Assembly: GCA_951406725.2 (NCBI GenBank)
Contig: OX597827.1
Coordinates: 64,046,001-64,110,000, forward strand
Length of the DNA stretch: 64,000 nt
Source of the DNA: Octopus vulgaris
Lineage: Eukaryota
Reading direction: 5' to 3'
The position numbers and the translations under genes are program-made. Within the stretch, counting starts at the first letter, position 1; each line of letters starts with the position of its first letter. The notes beneath the pieces were generated by a model. That model worked only from the letters and a program-made list of their open reading frames with translations, was not told where the DNA came from and ran no database searches. This document shows, piece after piece, positions 1 through 14,400 of this stretch.

Positions 1-261
1 ATGGTAAAGTAAAGAATTCACTTTACCACACACCGAACTTTTCAGAAATAGCAGCCAAAAATTTGGCTATTTCTTCAACTGCAAATAAAAGTCTCCAGAC
101 AATGCATACTCAGAAAAATAACTCACATAGGTATGTGAGTTATTTTTCTGAGTATGCATTGTCTGGAGACTTTTATTTGCAGTTGAAGAAATAGCCAAAT
201 TTTTGGCTGCTATTTCTGAAAAGTTCGGTGTGTGGTAAAGTGAATTCTTTTACTTTACCAT
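1..261. repeat. Near-perfect palindrome (129/130-bp arms, 2-nt spacer)
   Basis: 1-129 is the reverse complement of 132-261 apart from one indel in an A/T run. Confidence 0.95.
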
Positions 262-367
262 ATTTTTATAAATTAATACTTCAAATATACCGTAAATGGT
301 CTTTACATACCAAATACTGCTTGGTCGAATTTATTAACAATTAATTAATTCGACCCCCTTCTTTGAT

Positions 368-404
<37 letters not shown>

Positions 405-405
405 T

Positions 406-499
<94 letters not shown>

Positions 500-642
500 T
501 AATAGAAATAGGTTTCAAAGAGAAAAGAAACTACACATGTTAGCTATATGGGGAAAGTAAGAAGGAAAAAGTGAAAATGCACATTGGATATAAAAAAAAG
601 TTTTTTTTTATGAAAAGTAATGATAAATATATACAATTATAC

Positions 643-1030
643 AGGCGCAGGTGCAGCTGTGTGGTAAGTAGCTTGCTTACCAATCACATGGTTCCGGGTT
701 CAGTCCCACTGCATGGCACCTTGGGCAAGTGTCTTCTACTATAGCCTCGGGCTGACTAAAGCCTTGTGAGTGGATTTGGTAGACGGAAACTGAAAGAAGC
801 CCGTCGTATATATGTGTATATAAATATATATATATATATATATTTTGTGTGTGTGTTTGTGTGTCTGTGTTTGTCCTCCCCAACATCGCTTAACAACCGA
901 TGCCGGTGTGTTTACGTCCCCGTAACTTAGCGGTTCGGCAAAAGAGAGTGATAGAATAAGTACTAGGCTTACAAAGAATAAGTCCTGGGGTCGATTTACT
1001 CGACTTAAGGTGGTGCTTCAGCATGGCCAC
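643..1030 (+). mobile_element. tRNA-derived SINE family A (representative copy)
   Basis: Head GGCGCAGG..GCTGTGTGGTAAG, B box GGTTCAGTCCC, internal (TA)n(TG)n. Further copies at ~37642-38015, 41743-42150, 43140-43535, 50648-51035, 61627-61810, and on the minus strand at 19985-20372, 42668-43083, 43670-44095, 57192-57598. Confidence 0.9.
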
Positions 1031-4000
1031 AGGTTGGCACCTGTGACGTCGCAACTCATTTCTACAGCTGAGTGAACTGGAACAATGTGAAATAAAGTGC
1101 CTTGCTCAAGAACACAACACACAGCCCGGTCCCAAGTCAAACTCCCAACCCCAAGGTCATAAGCTCGACACTCTAACCACTGAGCCATGCTTATATATAT
1201 ACACTACAGATAATACTACCACTCAGAGAAGTGATCACGAAATTACACATCGGGTGGTGTTACAGGATGAGTGACACTAATTGTGAGTGACCAATAAATG
1301 TCACTCAGTGTGAGTGACTGATAATATGTATACACGTTAAAAACTAATTGATGTAGTTAGCTGTAACCTGGAACATAATTGAGAGCAGCCACGGTATCCG
1401 CCTGTATAATATACTCCCCCAAACTCTCGCTGTCTCTCTTTCTCTCACATGCACATAGTACCACAGAAAGTCAGCCATAACATTTTATTATTAGTAAGAC
1501 AGTAGTAATTGTAAAAACACTTACTTGTTTAAATACTATCAGCTAGGTGCAAGGTCTTCTCTGGACTAGCTTCTCCGTCTAGCAAGAGTAGATTTAGGTG
1601 AAATGATATAAAACATACACAACCGAGTGTTGATAGAGTAATACAACTGTATGCTTACGTGCCTCTATGCACATGAAAACACACATTCACACACACGTAT
1701 ATATATATATATACACACATATATATTATATCATGTATACTTATAAATATATTTAATGCATGTGTTTATGTAAACAAATAGATGTGTGTGTGTATGCCTT
1801 TGTTTAAAAAAAAAGTCATGCATTTGAGTATATTTGACAATCTTGACAATAAATACTTGACTCACCTAACAGGTTATGTGGGAACTGATGACTCTAAAAT
1901 AATGTCACTTGTAATGCGTTGTTAAAATTTTGGCGAAGGCGTGGTTGTGTGGTTTTCCAACCACATAGTTCAGGATTCAATCCTACTACGTGGAATCTTG
2001 GGCAAGTGTCTTCTACTAAAGCCTCAAGTCAATCAAAGCTATATATATATCGGAGACCCCCTTTGGTCACGAATGACCATGGGACTGCACCTAGAAAATT
2101 ACCCTCCGAGGCACAAGTCTGGGCAAGGTTGTTTGTGGAAGACCAGCAGTCACCCATGCATGCCAGCCTCCCCTCTCCACGCCACCACTGTTATCTAAGG
2201 GAAAGGCAATGGCCAATACAGCTTGGCACCAGTGACGTTGCAACTCATTTCTACAGCTGAGTGAACTGGAGCAACTTGGTTATGATATCATTTTTGAAAC
2301 TCTAAAATTGTATTTTTATACAACATAACAATATTGTTTATAAACATTTCCCCCATAGTGCCCCTAAATAAAATTTCCTCTGTATTAATATCTTAGGTTT
2401 CTTAGTGTCTTGCCCCTTTAACTGGTAATTAATATCATGATTTAAAGCCTACCCCTACGCTGCCTCTTTTTATAGACAGTTACTTATATCCAACTGACTA
2501 CTCCCAATGTCTTCTTTCCTCTCCGAGGAAAAGGGATAGATATGATAATATTCATGACCATACCTAGCCCTGAGATGTCAACTCACTCTTGTCTTTTATT
2601 CAAAATAGACACAGTCTTCCAGTCTCAGATTTAGTAGCTGATAAATAGATGAATGAATTAGAAATGAATTACAACCCTTACAACCCTATGGCCTCACTAT
2701 GCTCCATGCAATTTTTAGAAGTTGTCTATTCTTAGCTACACTAGTGACAACATGAATTTCTTCCATCTTGCTCTCCTAAAATATTTAAGAAAAATTATTT
2801 TAATGTGTCCTACTTGTTAAAATTCCATTTATCTATTTGTTCAGCTGAAGACGGCACTAAATTCGAATTGATGCAATGAGTGCATTGTCCAATTAAATGA
2901 AGTTGTTTGAAATGGTTGTACTACATTACTACTTGTTATCCTATTATTTTCATTATATACTTATGGAATTTTGTTATCAATAAATTCCATACATTGGGTA
3001 AATGCATTTGAAAGTTGTGGTTTCTTTGGTTAGTTTTTCCCAAAACAACACTTATTCTAGTGCTGTTTACACCACCGGATTGAATGGCACTGCTCAGATT
3101 TCGAAACCAAAATCCGTAGGGCAGCGGAAGATGGAGGTATGTTGGATTGCTGGTATAGCTGTGGAATAGTATTATAACACATCCTTTTGTTATATATATA
3201 TATATATATCATCATCATCATCATCATCATTTAGCGTCCGCTTTCCATGCTAGCATGGGTTGGACAGTTCAACTGGGGTCTGTGAAGCCAGAAGGCTGCA
3301 CCAGGCCCAGTCTGATCTAGCAGTGTTTCTACGGCTGGATGCCCTTCCTAATGCCAACCACTCCGTGAGTGTAGTGGGTGCTTTTTACGTGCCACCCGCA
3401 CAGGTGCCAGACGGAGCTGGCAAACGGCCACGGACGGATGGTGCTTTTTACGTGCCACCGGCACGGGGGCCAGACATATATATGTCTGTGTATGTGTGTG
3501 TGTGTGTACACAGTCAACAGGCTACTTCTACTAAACAGGCTACTTCTACTAAATCCATTCACAAGGATTTGTTCAGCCTGCAGCTATAGCAGACGAGATT
3601 TGCCCAAGGCGCCATGCTGTGGGACTGAACCCTGGAACCATGTGGTTGATAAGCAAGCTTCTTATCACACAGCCACGCCTTCAACTTAATCAAACATAGA
3701 TTTCATCTTTTTAAGCAAGGGATTTATTTAAAGAAGGACTGACAAAAGGCATTATCATAGACGGTAGCCTTCATTTCTTTCTCATGGCAATTCTATTTAT
3801 TCCCTGCTCTCTTATACTTTTTATTTGTTTCAGTGACTGGACCGTGACCATGCTGGGGCACTGCCTTGAGGAGTTTTCGATGAAGAAATCGACTTCAGTA
3901 GTGTTCTTAAAATTTGGTTCTTATTCTATCGGTTTCGATTGCCGAACCGTTACGTTACAGGGACGTAAATAAACTAACGCTGGTTGCATTGTCAAGCTGT

Positions 4001-4357
4001 GGGAGATGCGCAACACTGATACAAGAACAAAGACGCAAACACACACACACACAAACACACGCAAACACACAAATACACACAAACACACACACACACAAAC
4101 ACACAAAAACACACACACACACACACAAACACACATCAAGCTTCTTCTCACTTTCTGTTTACCAAGTTAACTCACAAGGCATTAGTCAGTTCAGGGAGCT
4201 TTTGTAGAAAATATCTGTTTAAGGTGCCCCACGGTGGGATTGAACTCGAGACCAGAGTGTTGCAAAGCAAGCATCTTGATCTCAGAGACAGCTGTCATTC
4301 CTGGCATATCTCTCGACCGCACCGCTACGCTCGTTACTTCCAGTACAAATACACTAT

Positions 4358-5072
4358 ACATACATAAATACATACATACATACATACATACATACATACA
4401 TACATACATACATACATAAATACATACATATATACATACATACAAACATACATACATACAAACATACATACATACATACATTCATACATACATACATATA
4501 TACTACATACATACATAACATAAATACATACATACATATATACATACAAACATACATACATACATAACATACATACATACATACATACATAAATACATAC
4601 ATACATAAATACATACATACATACATACATAAATACATACATACATATATACATAAATACATACATATATACATTCATACATACATACATATATACATAC
4701 ATACATACATAACATGAATACATACATACATATATACATACAAACATACATACATACATAACATACATACATACATAAATACATACATACATAAATACAT
4801 ACATACATACATAAATACATACATACATACATATATACATACATACATAAATACATACATACATACAAACATACAAACATACATACATATATACTACATA
4901 CATACATAACATAAATACATACATATATACATACATACAAACATACATACATACATACAAACATACATACATACATACATACATACATACATACATACAT
5001 ACATACATACATACATACATACATACATACATACATACATAAATACATACATACATACATACACACATACAT
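4358..5072. repeat. (ACAT)n microsatellite
   Basis: Directly visible in the sequence. Confidence 0.98.
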
Positions 5073-5650
5073 ACGAAATGGGGAATAATTAGCAGTCGAC
5101 AATTCAGGAGGGGTTTGATATTTTGTGATATTTTGTCTAGTACTTGTCTCTCAGTATGTGTTTACGTATGTATGTATATATATATATATATATTAGTCGT
5201 GGAGGCGCAATTGCCCAGTGGTTAGGGCAGCGGACTCGCGGTCATAGGATCGGGCGTTGTGAGTGTTTATTGAGCGAAAACACCTAAAAGCTCCATGATC
5301 CCTGCTGTACTCTTTCATCCACAACTTTCTCTCACTCTTACTTCCTGTTTCTGTTGTACCTGTATTTCAAGGGGCCAGCCTTGTCACTCTCTGTGTCACG
5401 CTGAATATCCCCGAGAACTACGTTAAGGGTGCACGTGTCAGCCACTTACACGTTAATTTCACGAGCAGGCTGTTCCGTTGATTCGGATCAACCGGAACCC
5501 TCATCATCGTAACCGACGGAGTGCTTCCAAAAAAAATATATATTAGACATACGATATAGTGTATATTTAAACACATAAGGAATCCACACAGCTAGGTTCT
5601 ATAACCACAAAACTTGGGGATAAAATTCGACAGGAATAAATTTGGAAATG

Positions 5651-5702
<52 letters not shown>

Positions 5703-5831
5703 TGCATCAAGAACAGGAGAACACCAACGAGTGAAAAATATGTTAACACATAAAGAGAAAAGTATGAGACAGAATGTCACAAAATGTCAAACCCCTCCTC
5801 ATCTGTCGACTGCTAATTACTCCCTATTTCG

Positions 5832-6231
5832 TATGTATGTATGTATGTATGTATGTATGTATGTATGTATGTATGTATGTATGTATGTATGTATGTATTT
5901 ATGTATGTATGTATGTATGTATGTATGTATGTATGTGTGTATGTATGTATGTATGTATGTATGTATGTATGTATGTATGTATGTATGTATGTATGTATGT
6001 ATGTATGTATGTGTGTATGTATGTATGTATGTATGTATGTATGTATGTATGTATGTATGTATGTATGTATGTATGTATGTATGTGTGTGTGTGTATTTAT
6101 GCATGTATGTATGTATGTATGTATGTATGTATGTATGTATGTATGCATGCATGTATGTATGTATGTATGTATGTATGTATGTATGTATGTGTGTGTGTAT
6201 GTATGTATGTATGTATGTATGTATGTATGTA

Positions 6232-6268
<37 letters not shown>

Positions 6269-6350
6269 ATGTATGTATGTATGTATGTATGTATGTATGT
6301 GTGTGTGTATGTATGTATGTATTTATTTATGTATGTGTGTGTGTGTGTGT
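5832..6350. repeat. (GTAT)n/(GT)n microsatellite
   Basis: Directly visible in the sequence. Confidence 0.98.
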
Positions 6351-7119
6351 GTATACATATATACATATTTATGCGTAGACGTATATCTATAGGTATACAC
6401 ATATATACACATACATACACACACACATATATATACACAGACATTGGCCCAGGCGTTGCTGTCTGGTAAGATATGTATGTGTGTGTGTGTGTGTGTGTAT
6501 ACATATATACATATTTATGCGTAGACGTATATCTATAGGTATACACATATATACACATACATACACACACACATATATATACACATACATTGGCCCAGGC
6601 GTTGCTGTCTGGTAAGATTATATGTGTGTGTGTGTGTGTGTGTGTGTTTGTATGTGTCTTTCTGTCTGTGTCTGTACACCTACCTCACCACCACCACCTG
6701 GAAAACTGGTGTTAGCGAGTATACGTTCTCATAACTTTGCAGGTCGGCAAAGAGAACCAATAGAATTAGTACAAGGGGACAGGCATTCCTTTGGAGATGG
6801 TATCACCAAAGTGAAAATGAAAATTGGCAATTTCCATAATTTTTTTCTATTTCTTTAACTTAATGCATAAATACAAACATATATACACAAAATATATATA
6901 AACATAAGCGATTCGTGGAAACATAAAGAAAACGATGTGTATATATATTTATGTATATATATACCCATGTATGTATGCGTGAGTGTGTGTGATCAAGTGT
7001 ATTCGAGTGGATGTTTCATTGTTTAAACCACTCCCGGACATGAAGGTGCGCCTCTCTGCATGTGTGTATATGTGTGTAAGCGTTGGAAGAGAGAGAGAGG
7101 GAGAGAGAGAGAGGAAGTG

Positions 7120-7156
<37 letters not shown>

Positions 7157-7240
7157 TAGAGGACAGACAGACAGAGCGAACTTGTATTTCACTGTTCATC
7201 TCGCCCGCGGACCACTAATGCCTAAGTATTTTATTTTGTG

Positions 7241-7300
<60 letters not shown>

Positions 7301-8533
7301 TGTATGTATGTGTTTATGTGCGTGTGAGTACATGTATTTAAGTATGTATGTATGTATGAATGTATATTCATGTATGTGTATAAATATATATTTCTTTACT
7401 ACCCACAAGGGGCTAAACATAGAGGGGACAAACAAGGACAGACAAATGGATTAAGTCGATTACTTCGACCCAGTGCGACACTGGTACTTTATTTATCGAC
7501 CCCGAGAGGATGAAAGGCAAAGTCGACCTCGGCGGAATTTGAACTCAGAACGTAGCGACAGACGAAATACGGCTACGCATTTCGCCCGGCGTGCTAACGT
7601 TTCTGCCAGCTCGCCGCCTTATAAAATATATATGTGTGTGCGTGTATGTGCGTGTGTGTGTGTGTGTGTGTGTATGCATGTATGTATAAAAATTAAAGAA
7701 ATAATATATTTTTTGACAGAAATTGCCGATTGTATAACACGTCTGGTGCCTTCGATGATTGCGTGAAGACAGCAGACGTGTTATAAAATGCTGTCTGAAT
7801 TGTTTTCAGTCTTTGAAAGTATTAGTAGCTCATTCGTTTATTACTGTTCTTATTCAAACTCATGTCCATTGTCCAGAAATCTTTTGTCACACATCTGTGA
7901 CCTCCTCTGCGACACTTTCCATCTTTGTGTGTGCTCTTTGTCCTGCTTAGTCCATTCTGTTATTCAGTTCTGTTCTGGAAGAACGGAATGGAATAAGCAG
8001 AGCAAAAGCACACACAGAGAAGGGAAGTGTCGCTGAACAGGTCACAGGTGTGTAACAAAAGAGTGAACGACGAATATATAGTGCGTGTGTATATTTGGCA
8101 AAAATTTTTTTTTAAATGACCATCTCGAAATACAACAAAATATATAGGAGCACTCAATCGGTTATGACGAAAAGGGCCACAGCTGATTCAATCAATGGAA
8201 CAGCTTGCTCGTGAAATTAACATGCAAGTGGCTGAGCACTCCACAGACATGTGTACCCATAACCTAGTTTTCAGGGATATTCGGTGTGGACACAGAGCGT
8301 GATAAGGCTGGCCCTTTGAAACACAGGTACCACTCGTTTTTGCCAGCTGAGTGGACTGGAGCAACGTGAAATAATGTGTCTTGCTCAAGGACACAATGCA
8401 TCACTGAGAATCGAACACTCAACGTTTCGATCGTGAGCCGAATGCCCTAACCACTAAGCCACGTGCCTTCACACACACACACACATACACACACACACAC
8501 ACACATATATATGTAATATAATATATATATATG

Positions 8534-8599
<66 letters not shown>

Positions 8600-8888
8600 A
8601 GTCGCAATGGCCCAGTGGTTAAGGCTCGCAGTCGTAGGATCGCGGTTTCGATTCCCAGACCGGGCGTTGTGTGTGTTTATTGAGCGAAAACATCTAAAAG
8701 CTCCACGACGCTCCGGCAGGGGGAGGTGATCCCTGCTGTACTCTTTCACCACTCTTTCTCTCACTCTTTCTTCTGTTGGCCTGCTCGCTTAGCCAGCGGG
8801 GTGGCGTCATTCGAAGGCCAGAACAATGCGAAGCGCATTGTGACCAGCGATGTGTAGCAACATCTGATGGTCTGGTCGGTCACGTGAT

Positions 8889-8941
<53 letters not shown>

Positions 8942-9952
8942 CATGCAGATGAATTAGTTGAGGCACTAGAATTTTAGAATGATATACATACAATTTCAAA
9001 ATCAAAATAAGCATCAGAATATCTAGAGGTAATGCAGTACGATCGTTTCAAGTGACTCCATTTAAGTGCAGAGCAATCTTCAAGTGACTCCATTTAAGTG
9101 CAAAGCATTTAAATTGATGTAATGGTTGCATTGTTCACTTAAATGGAGTCACTTGAAACGATCATACAGCATTATATATATATATATATATACACACTAT
9201 ATATATACACACGCATATATAGGATCGGTTGTCAAGCGATGCTGGGGAGACAAACAGACACAAATATATACACACGCGATCCTATATATGCGTGTGTATA
9301 TATTTGTGTCTGTGTTTGTCTCCCCAGCATCGCTTGACAACCGATGATGTTGTGTTTACATCCCCCTAACTTAGCAGTTCAGCAAAATAGACCGATAAAA
9401 TAAGTACCAAGCTTGCAAAGAATAAGTCTTGCAGTCGATTTACTCAACTAAATGCAGTGCTCCGGCATGGCCGCAGTCAAATGACAGAAACAAGTAAAAG
9501 AATAAAAGAATATATATATATATATATATATAATACAGCGAGACAGTCTTAACTTCGTATTTTTAGTAAGAGAATAGTAGCTATATGAATACTTACTTAT
9601 TTAAATACTGTCAGCTGGGTTCAAGGTCTTGTCTGCAATAGCTTTTCCGTCGATTTAGGGTAGAGCTAGGCGAAACGATATAAAACATTCACAACCGAAT
9701 GTTCAAAGACTAATACAGCGGTGTGTATGTATGTGTAAATCTATACGTATGTTCCGGTCGGTTCACACATACACACTTTCTCATACACAAACACACACAC
9801 ACACACACACACACAGATATGTCATATTACATTATTTAATATTTATTGCAATATTAAATAAACTAAAATTACCATCCCGAAATACAAGGATGATTGTTGA
9901 TAAATATTGTTTATGTATGTGCCTATGTAAACACATTGGTATGTAGGTGTGG

Positions 9953-10017
<65 letters not shown>

Positions 10018-10439
10018 TGTGTGTCTTTGTTAAAAAAGCCGATTGTATTTATGAGAAAATAAAAGATAAAAAACGCCCAATATCTCGTCGGGATGTTTTG
10101 TATTAGTCGAATACTATTATCATGCTCTAAATAACAACAGATTGTCAAATCTTGCTTATTGTATATATTGTCTATGTGTGTGTCTGCGTGGGTGTGCGTG
10201 TCTCTGTATTTATGTATGTATTTATGTATGTGCTTGAGCGTGTGTGTATATGTGTGTGTATATAGTTTAATAAGTTGATATTTTATAAGTTTGTAGTTTT
10301 CTAAGTTCAAAATTGTTGTACAGCAACACCCAACCCATACCTTGATTATCATCCACACAAAATTTCGCCTTTGTGGGCAAAATTTTAAAAAATTCTCAAA
10401 GGCTTCGTAGTTTGATTTTAGCCATATTTATTTTCAAGT

Positions 10440-13400
10440 CGAGGCGCAAGTCAAGCGTGACGCCGAAACAAAAGAGCAAGATTCCCTGCCATTATACGCT
10501 GAACCTGACAGTTTGAACGCCCCCATCTCACCACCACCATCAGCATCAACAACAGCAGCAACTATAAAACAATGGTCGTAAGGCCACCGCCACCAATGAT
10601 TCCTCCATCAACACCGACACCACCACCATGGCGGCTTCGGCTACTACAACTGCTTCCTCTGCTAACGATACCACTACCAACAACAACAACAACAAAACCA
10701 AGGTTGCTAGACCATTCACCATCACCGCCACCAAAGACCATGCCGTCAATACCAATGCCACCACTTCAATATCTGCTGCTACGGCTGCCTCCCTTAATGA
10801 CAATTACAACAATAACAACAACAACAACAACAATTCCCTTCAGCCATTGCTCCCTCCACCACCAACAACTGAAGGAAAGAAAGAAAAAGCCGTGACCACC
10901 AAACGAATTGCCGAAATATGCTCAAACGCAGGGGCAAATTATGCAAAGAATTTTCCACCCCTTCCTAGTTGTATAATCAGCAATCATACACCTAATATAC
11001 CTACGACCTTCACCCCTGCCATCAACACCAGCACCATCACCACCAGCAACAACAATAGCACAACAACAACAAACTTCGCCGAGGCGATAAAAGAAAAAAA
11101 GACAATACCAAAGCCTTAATCACGAAAGAAAATGGCAAAGTGCAACTAAACATACCACGAAACGTACTGGATGACGAAAAAAAAAGGAAACAATTATATA
11201 TAAAATAATAAACAGCACAACTAAAAGTCCAGAAAAAGCAAACACAGACAAAATCGAAAAATGCCTACGCCCTATCTGGGGATACAAAGAGTATGTGACT
11301 TGGTCGAACAAGTTTGCCCACGTACAGGTAGTCTTTCAAAATGAAGAGTTAGCAAAACAATTCTCAGCGCTAATTCTTCATTCAGACGAGCTTATAATGA
11401 TACCCAGCTACCTTGGCCAGAGGGTAACAAAAGTCATTATCAATAATGTTCCACAAATAACAGCCACACTATGGATAACATTGGCCATATGCGTCGAAAT
11501 GGAGAACATAAATCTCCTGCAAATCGCTGTTTCTGAACACAAGAACTGGGTAGGAGAGAGATTGGAGATTCTCCTCCGCATAAACCAAGACGCCATTAAC
11601 AAAATACCCACCCATATAAATCTTGCGGAAGACCACAAATTGTATGTAGTAGTCGAGGGCAGAAGACCATGCTGCTATATATGTGGCAGTGAAGCTCACC
11701 TCGAAAAGGATTGCAAATCTGCCGCGAAACAACGGCAACAACAAAAACAGCCGCATGAAAAACCAAAAAAGCCAGCATTATTATCCACACCACAGTATGG
11801 ACGACTGATCAAGGAGCTATACACGGAAATGCAAGAAAAGCAACAAAGAAAGAACCAACCCAACCAAACAAACACCACCACCTGCGCCAAGAACAGAATC
11901 AACACCACCAACAACAACTAAAGATAAACCAATTCCAACACCAAGAACAACTACGAAGAAGACAAGCACCGAGGATGTAGAAGAGACAATTACCACTCCC
12001 AATCCCCCAGCAACACACACCCCACACACCACAACAATATCTACAATATCACAAACAGACCCAGATGCTTTGCCCTTACCCCCTTCTGATTCGTCTGACT
12101 TTTCGTCTAACGATGAAAGCTCAACAGAATGGCAATTAGCCACCGGGGGTAAAAGAAAAAGATTAAAAAACAACAACAAATAAGCAAATGCAACCAAAGC
12201 TGTGAGGTATCTGAACCCCGAAAGCTCCTTACACAACCAAACCAGCACCAACACCACAAAAACACATACAATGCTATCAGCGATAGACACCAAAGACTCA
12301 AAACTAATGGAGTACATCACAGCTCACGCAAACATCTGTGAAGATGACTTCAAAACTAACAACCATCCACGCACTACACCACCCAAACACATCAAAATAC
12401 TACACATCACACAAACACAACACCACACACTCAAAGCCCTCTTTCCAAAACAGAAGGAGATGCAAATGCCTCAGAGACCTGCTCAGACGATTCCAACTGT
12501 CTGACAGGTACCGACTCGACCACCCAAATGCACCAACATGGACATGGAGCAACCGCAGTGGGTCGTCGAGATCGTATCTAGAAAGGATACTGTGTAGGAT
12601 AGTAGACAGGGATAATTTAGGATGTCCACAATTCCACACAGTCAGCTACACGAATCACAAATTCGGGACGTGTTCGCTAGACTTAGATAAGGCACAGAGA
12701 CAGGATCCCGATTACTGGAAACTAAACGTATCTTTCCCGTCCAGACAGGTTTTCAGAGACAGAATCAGCACGTTAGTAAAGAGGGCTTTAACGGGAGCCA
12801 TCGTCAACAACAAATGGGGGTTCGCTCTCAAGAGAGCAGTAAAAGCGGAAGCAATTAGATATAGCAAGGCACTAGCCGTAGATAGAAATAGAGCAGAGGG
12901 TGAGTTAGTAAAGAAGTCAGAAGACGCAATAAGAAGCGGTATCATATCCGACGCTTTGGCGGCGAGGTTGGCCCTCGACCAACACTTCAACGCCAAACAC
13001 GAAGGGTGTGCTGTCAGGGCTAGGATGCGTGCTCTAAGAATGGAAGGTGTTGGAGCCGCGAGAGAGGCCCGGGTGGCGGAGGCGCAGCAGGGCAACAAAG
13101 CCATCATTCGGTCTCTGGTAGATGAACAAGGGCGCGAATTGGTCGAGCCCAGCAAGATGTGCGAGGCATTTCAGCGGAACTAAGCCCAACTGTACGGGAC
13201 GAGTGGCGAGCGTGAACGCAGGTTGGACTTCAGTGCCTATCTGCACAGCCTGCCACGACTCTCGGCAAGAGTGGCAAAGTGCTGCGAAGGTGCTAACACG
13301 GCGGCGGATGTGCGGGACGCGATGGCAAAATGCTCGAGGGACAAATCACCGGGTTTGGATGGTCTGCCCTACGAGTTTTACAATTGTATGCCAGACTTGT

Positions 13401-14400
13401 TTGGAGACGTCTTGACAGCAGTATACTGCAATTGGCAGCAAAACGGGAGCATACCCGGTTTTGTGAGTCGAGGAGCCGTAACGCTGCTGAAGAAAGATCC
13501 AAACAAGGGGGACATTATAGATAACTTTAGGCCCATCACTCTGCTCAATGCAGACTTGAAAATTTTGACCAAGGTGTTAGCAAAGAGGTTGGCGCTTGTC
13601 ATCGAGAAACTGGTCGACAGGGCGCAAACGTGTGCCGTGCCGGGCCGGAGCATCCATGACAACCTCCATCTGATGCGCTACATCATAGACAGAGTAGTTA
13701 AGGAACCTGGCATGGGTGGGGCCCTGATCAATTTGGATCAATCAAAAGCTTTCGATAGGGTAGACCATCGATACTTGGAGGCAGTCCTGAGAGCGGATGG
13801 TTTCGGTCCCGTCTTCCGCGGCTGGATAGCTACTTTGTACAGAGGTATCCGTTCGGTAATTCGCGTAAATGGACATCTATCGAGACCTTTCGACATTGCA
13901 CGTTCGGTCTGTCAGGGATGCTCCCTCTCGTCGCTTCTATACGCATTAACTCTCGATCCACTATTGCGGAAGCTGGCGACTCTGAGGGGCATCCCGCGAG
14001 AACTGGCATGTGGGACGAGCGTGTCTGTATACGCGGACGACGTCACCGTCATAGTGTCTAGCCACGAGCACATCGAGCTGGTCGGCGAGACACTGAAAGA
14101 CTACGAAGCGGTGACAGGAGCGAAAATAAACCGGGAATAGTCAGTGGACTTGCGGCTCGGCACCTGGAGAAGCAATCTTATGCCGTCCACCAGTGCCTCC
14201 GTCGTGGGACACTGGACGGACGGCCCTGTCCAGTTGCTCGGGGTCTGGTTCGGTCCGGACCTCCAAATGGAGAAGAACTGGAACGAGATAACGAGTAGGG
14301 TGGTCACTCTCGCACGGCAATGGGCCGAGAGGAAACTGTCCCTAAAAGGTCGGGCGGAGGTGGCGAAAACGTACATCGCGTCCATCATCTACTACCGCCT
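10440..14400 (+). mobile_element. Disrupted L1/Tx1-clade non-LTR retrotransposon (ORF1 plus partial ORF2)
   Basis: ORF1 zinc knuckle CYICGSEAHLEKDC (11295-11921). APE endonuclease C-terminal motifs TWTWSN..SRSYLERI..SYTNHK, YWKLN. RT motifs KSPGLDGLP, NFRPITLLNADLKI, LDQSKAFDRVDH, QGCSLS, YADD. In-frame stops are present. Confidence 0.9.

Larger units (their letters stand above)
1364..9510 (+). repeat. Segmental duplication copy 1 (copy 2 at ~51819-63930)
   Basis: Collinear unique blocks: 1364-2275~51819-52710, 5700-7830~53920-55950, 7830-8470~59933-61003, 9270-9510~63690-63930. Confidence 0.9.

Noticed and set aside
643-720. tRNA genes
   Set aside because: The A/B boxes belong to SINE heads that continue into SINE bodies; no complete cloverleaf was seen.
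1873-1912. VMWELMTL resembling tyrosine kinase subdomain IX
   Set aside because: Only 8 residues, followed by a stop in copy 1; no other kinase motifs in the window.
2846-2925. CTGAAGA...GAAATGGTTGTA as a hammerhead
   Set aside because: The stem II closing pair and stem I do not form. CTGATGA at 1885 and 61231 likewise lack a matching GAAA arm.
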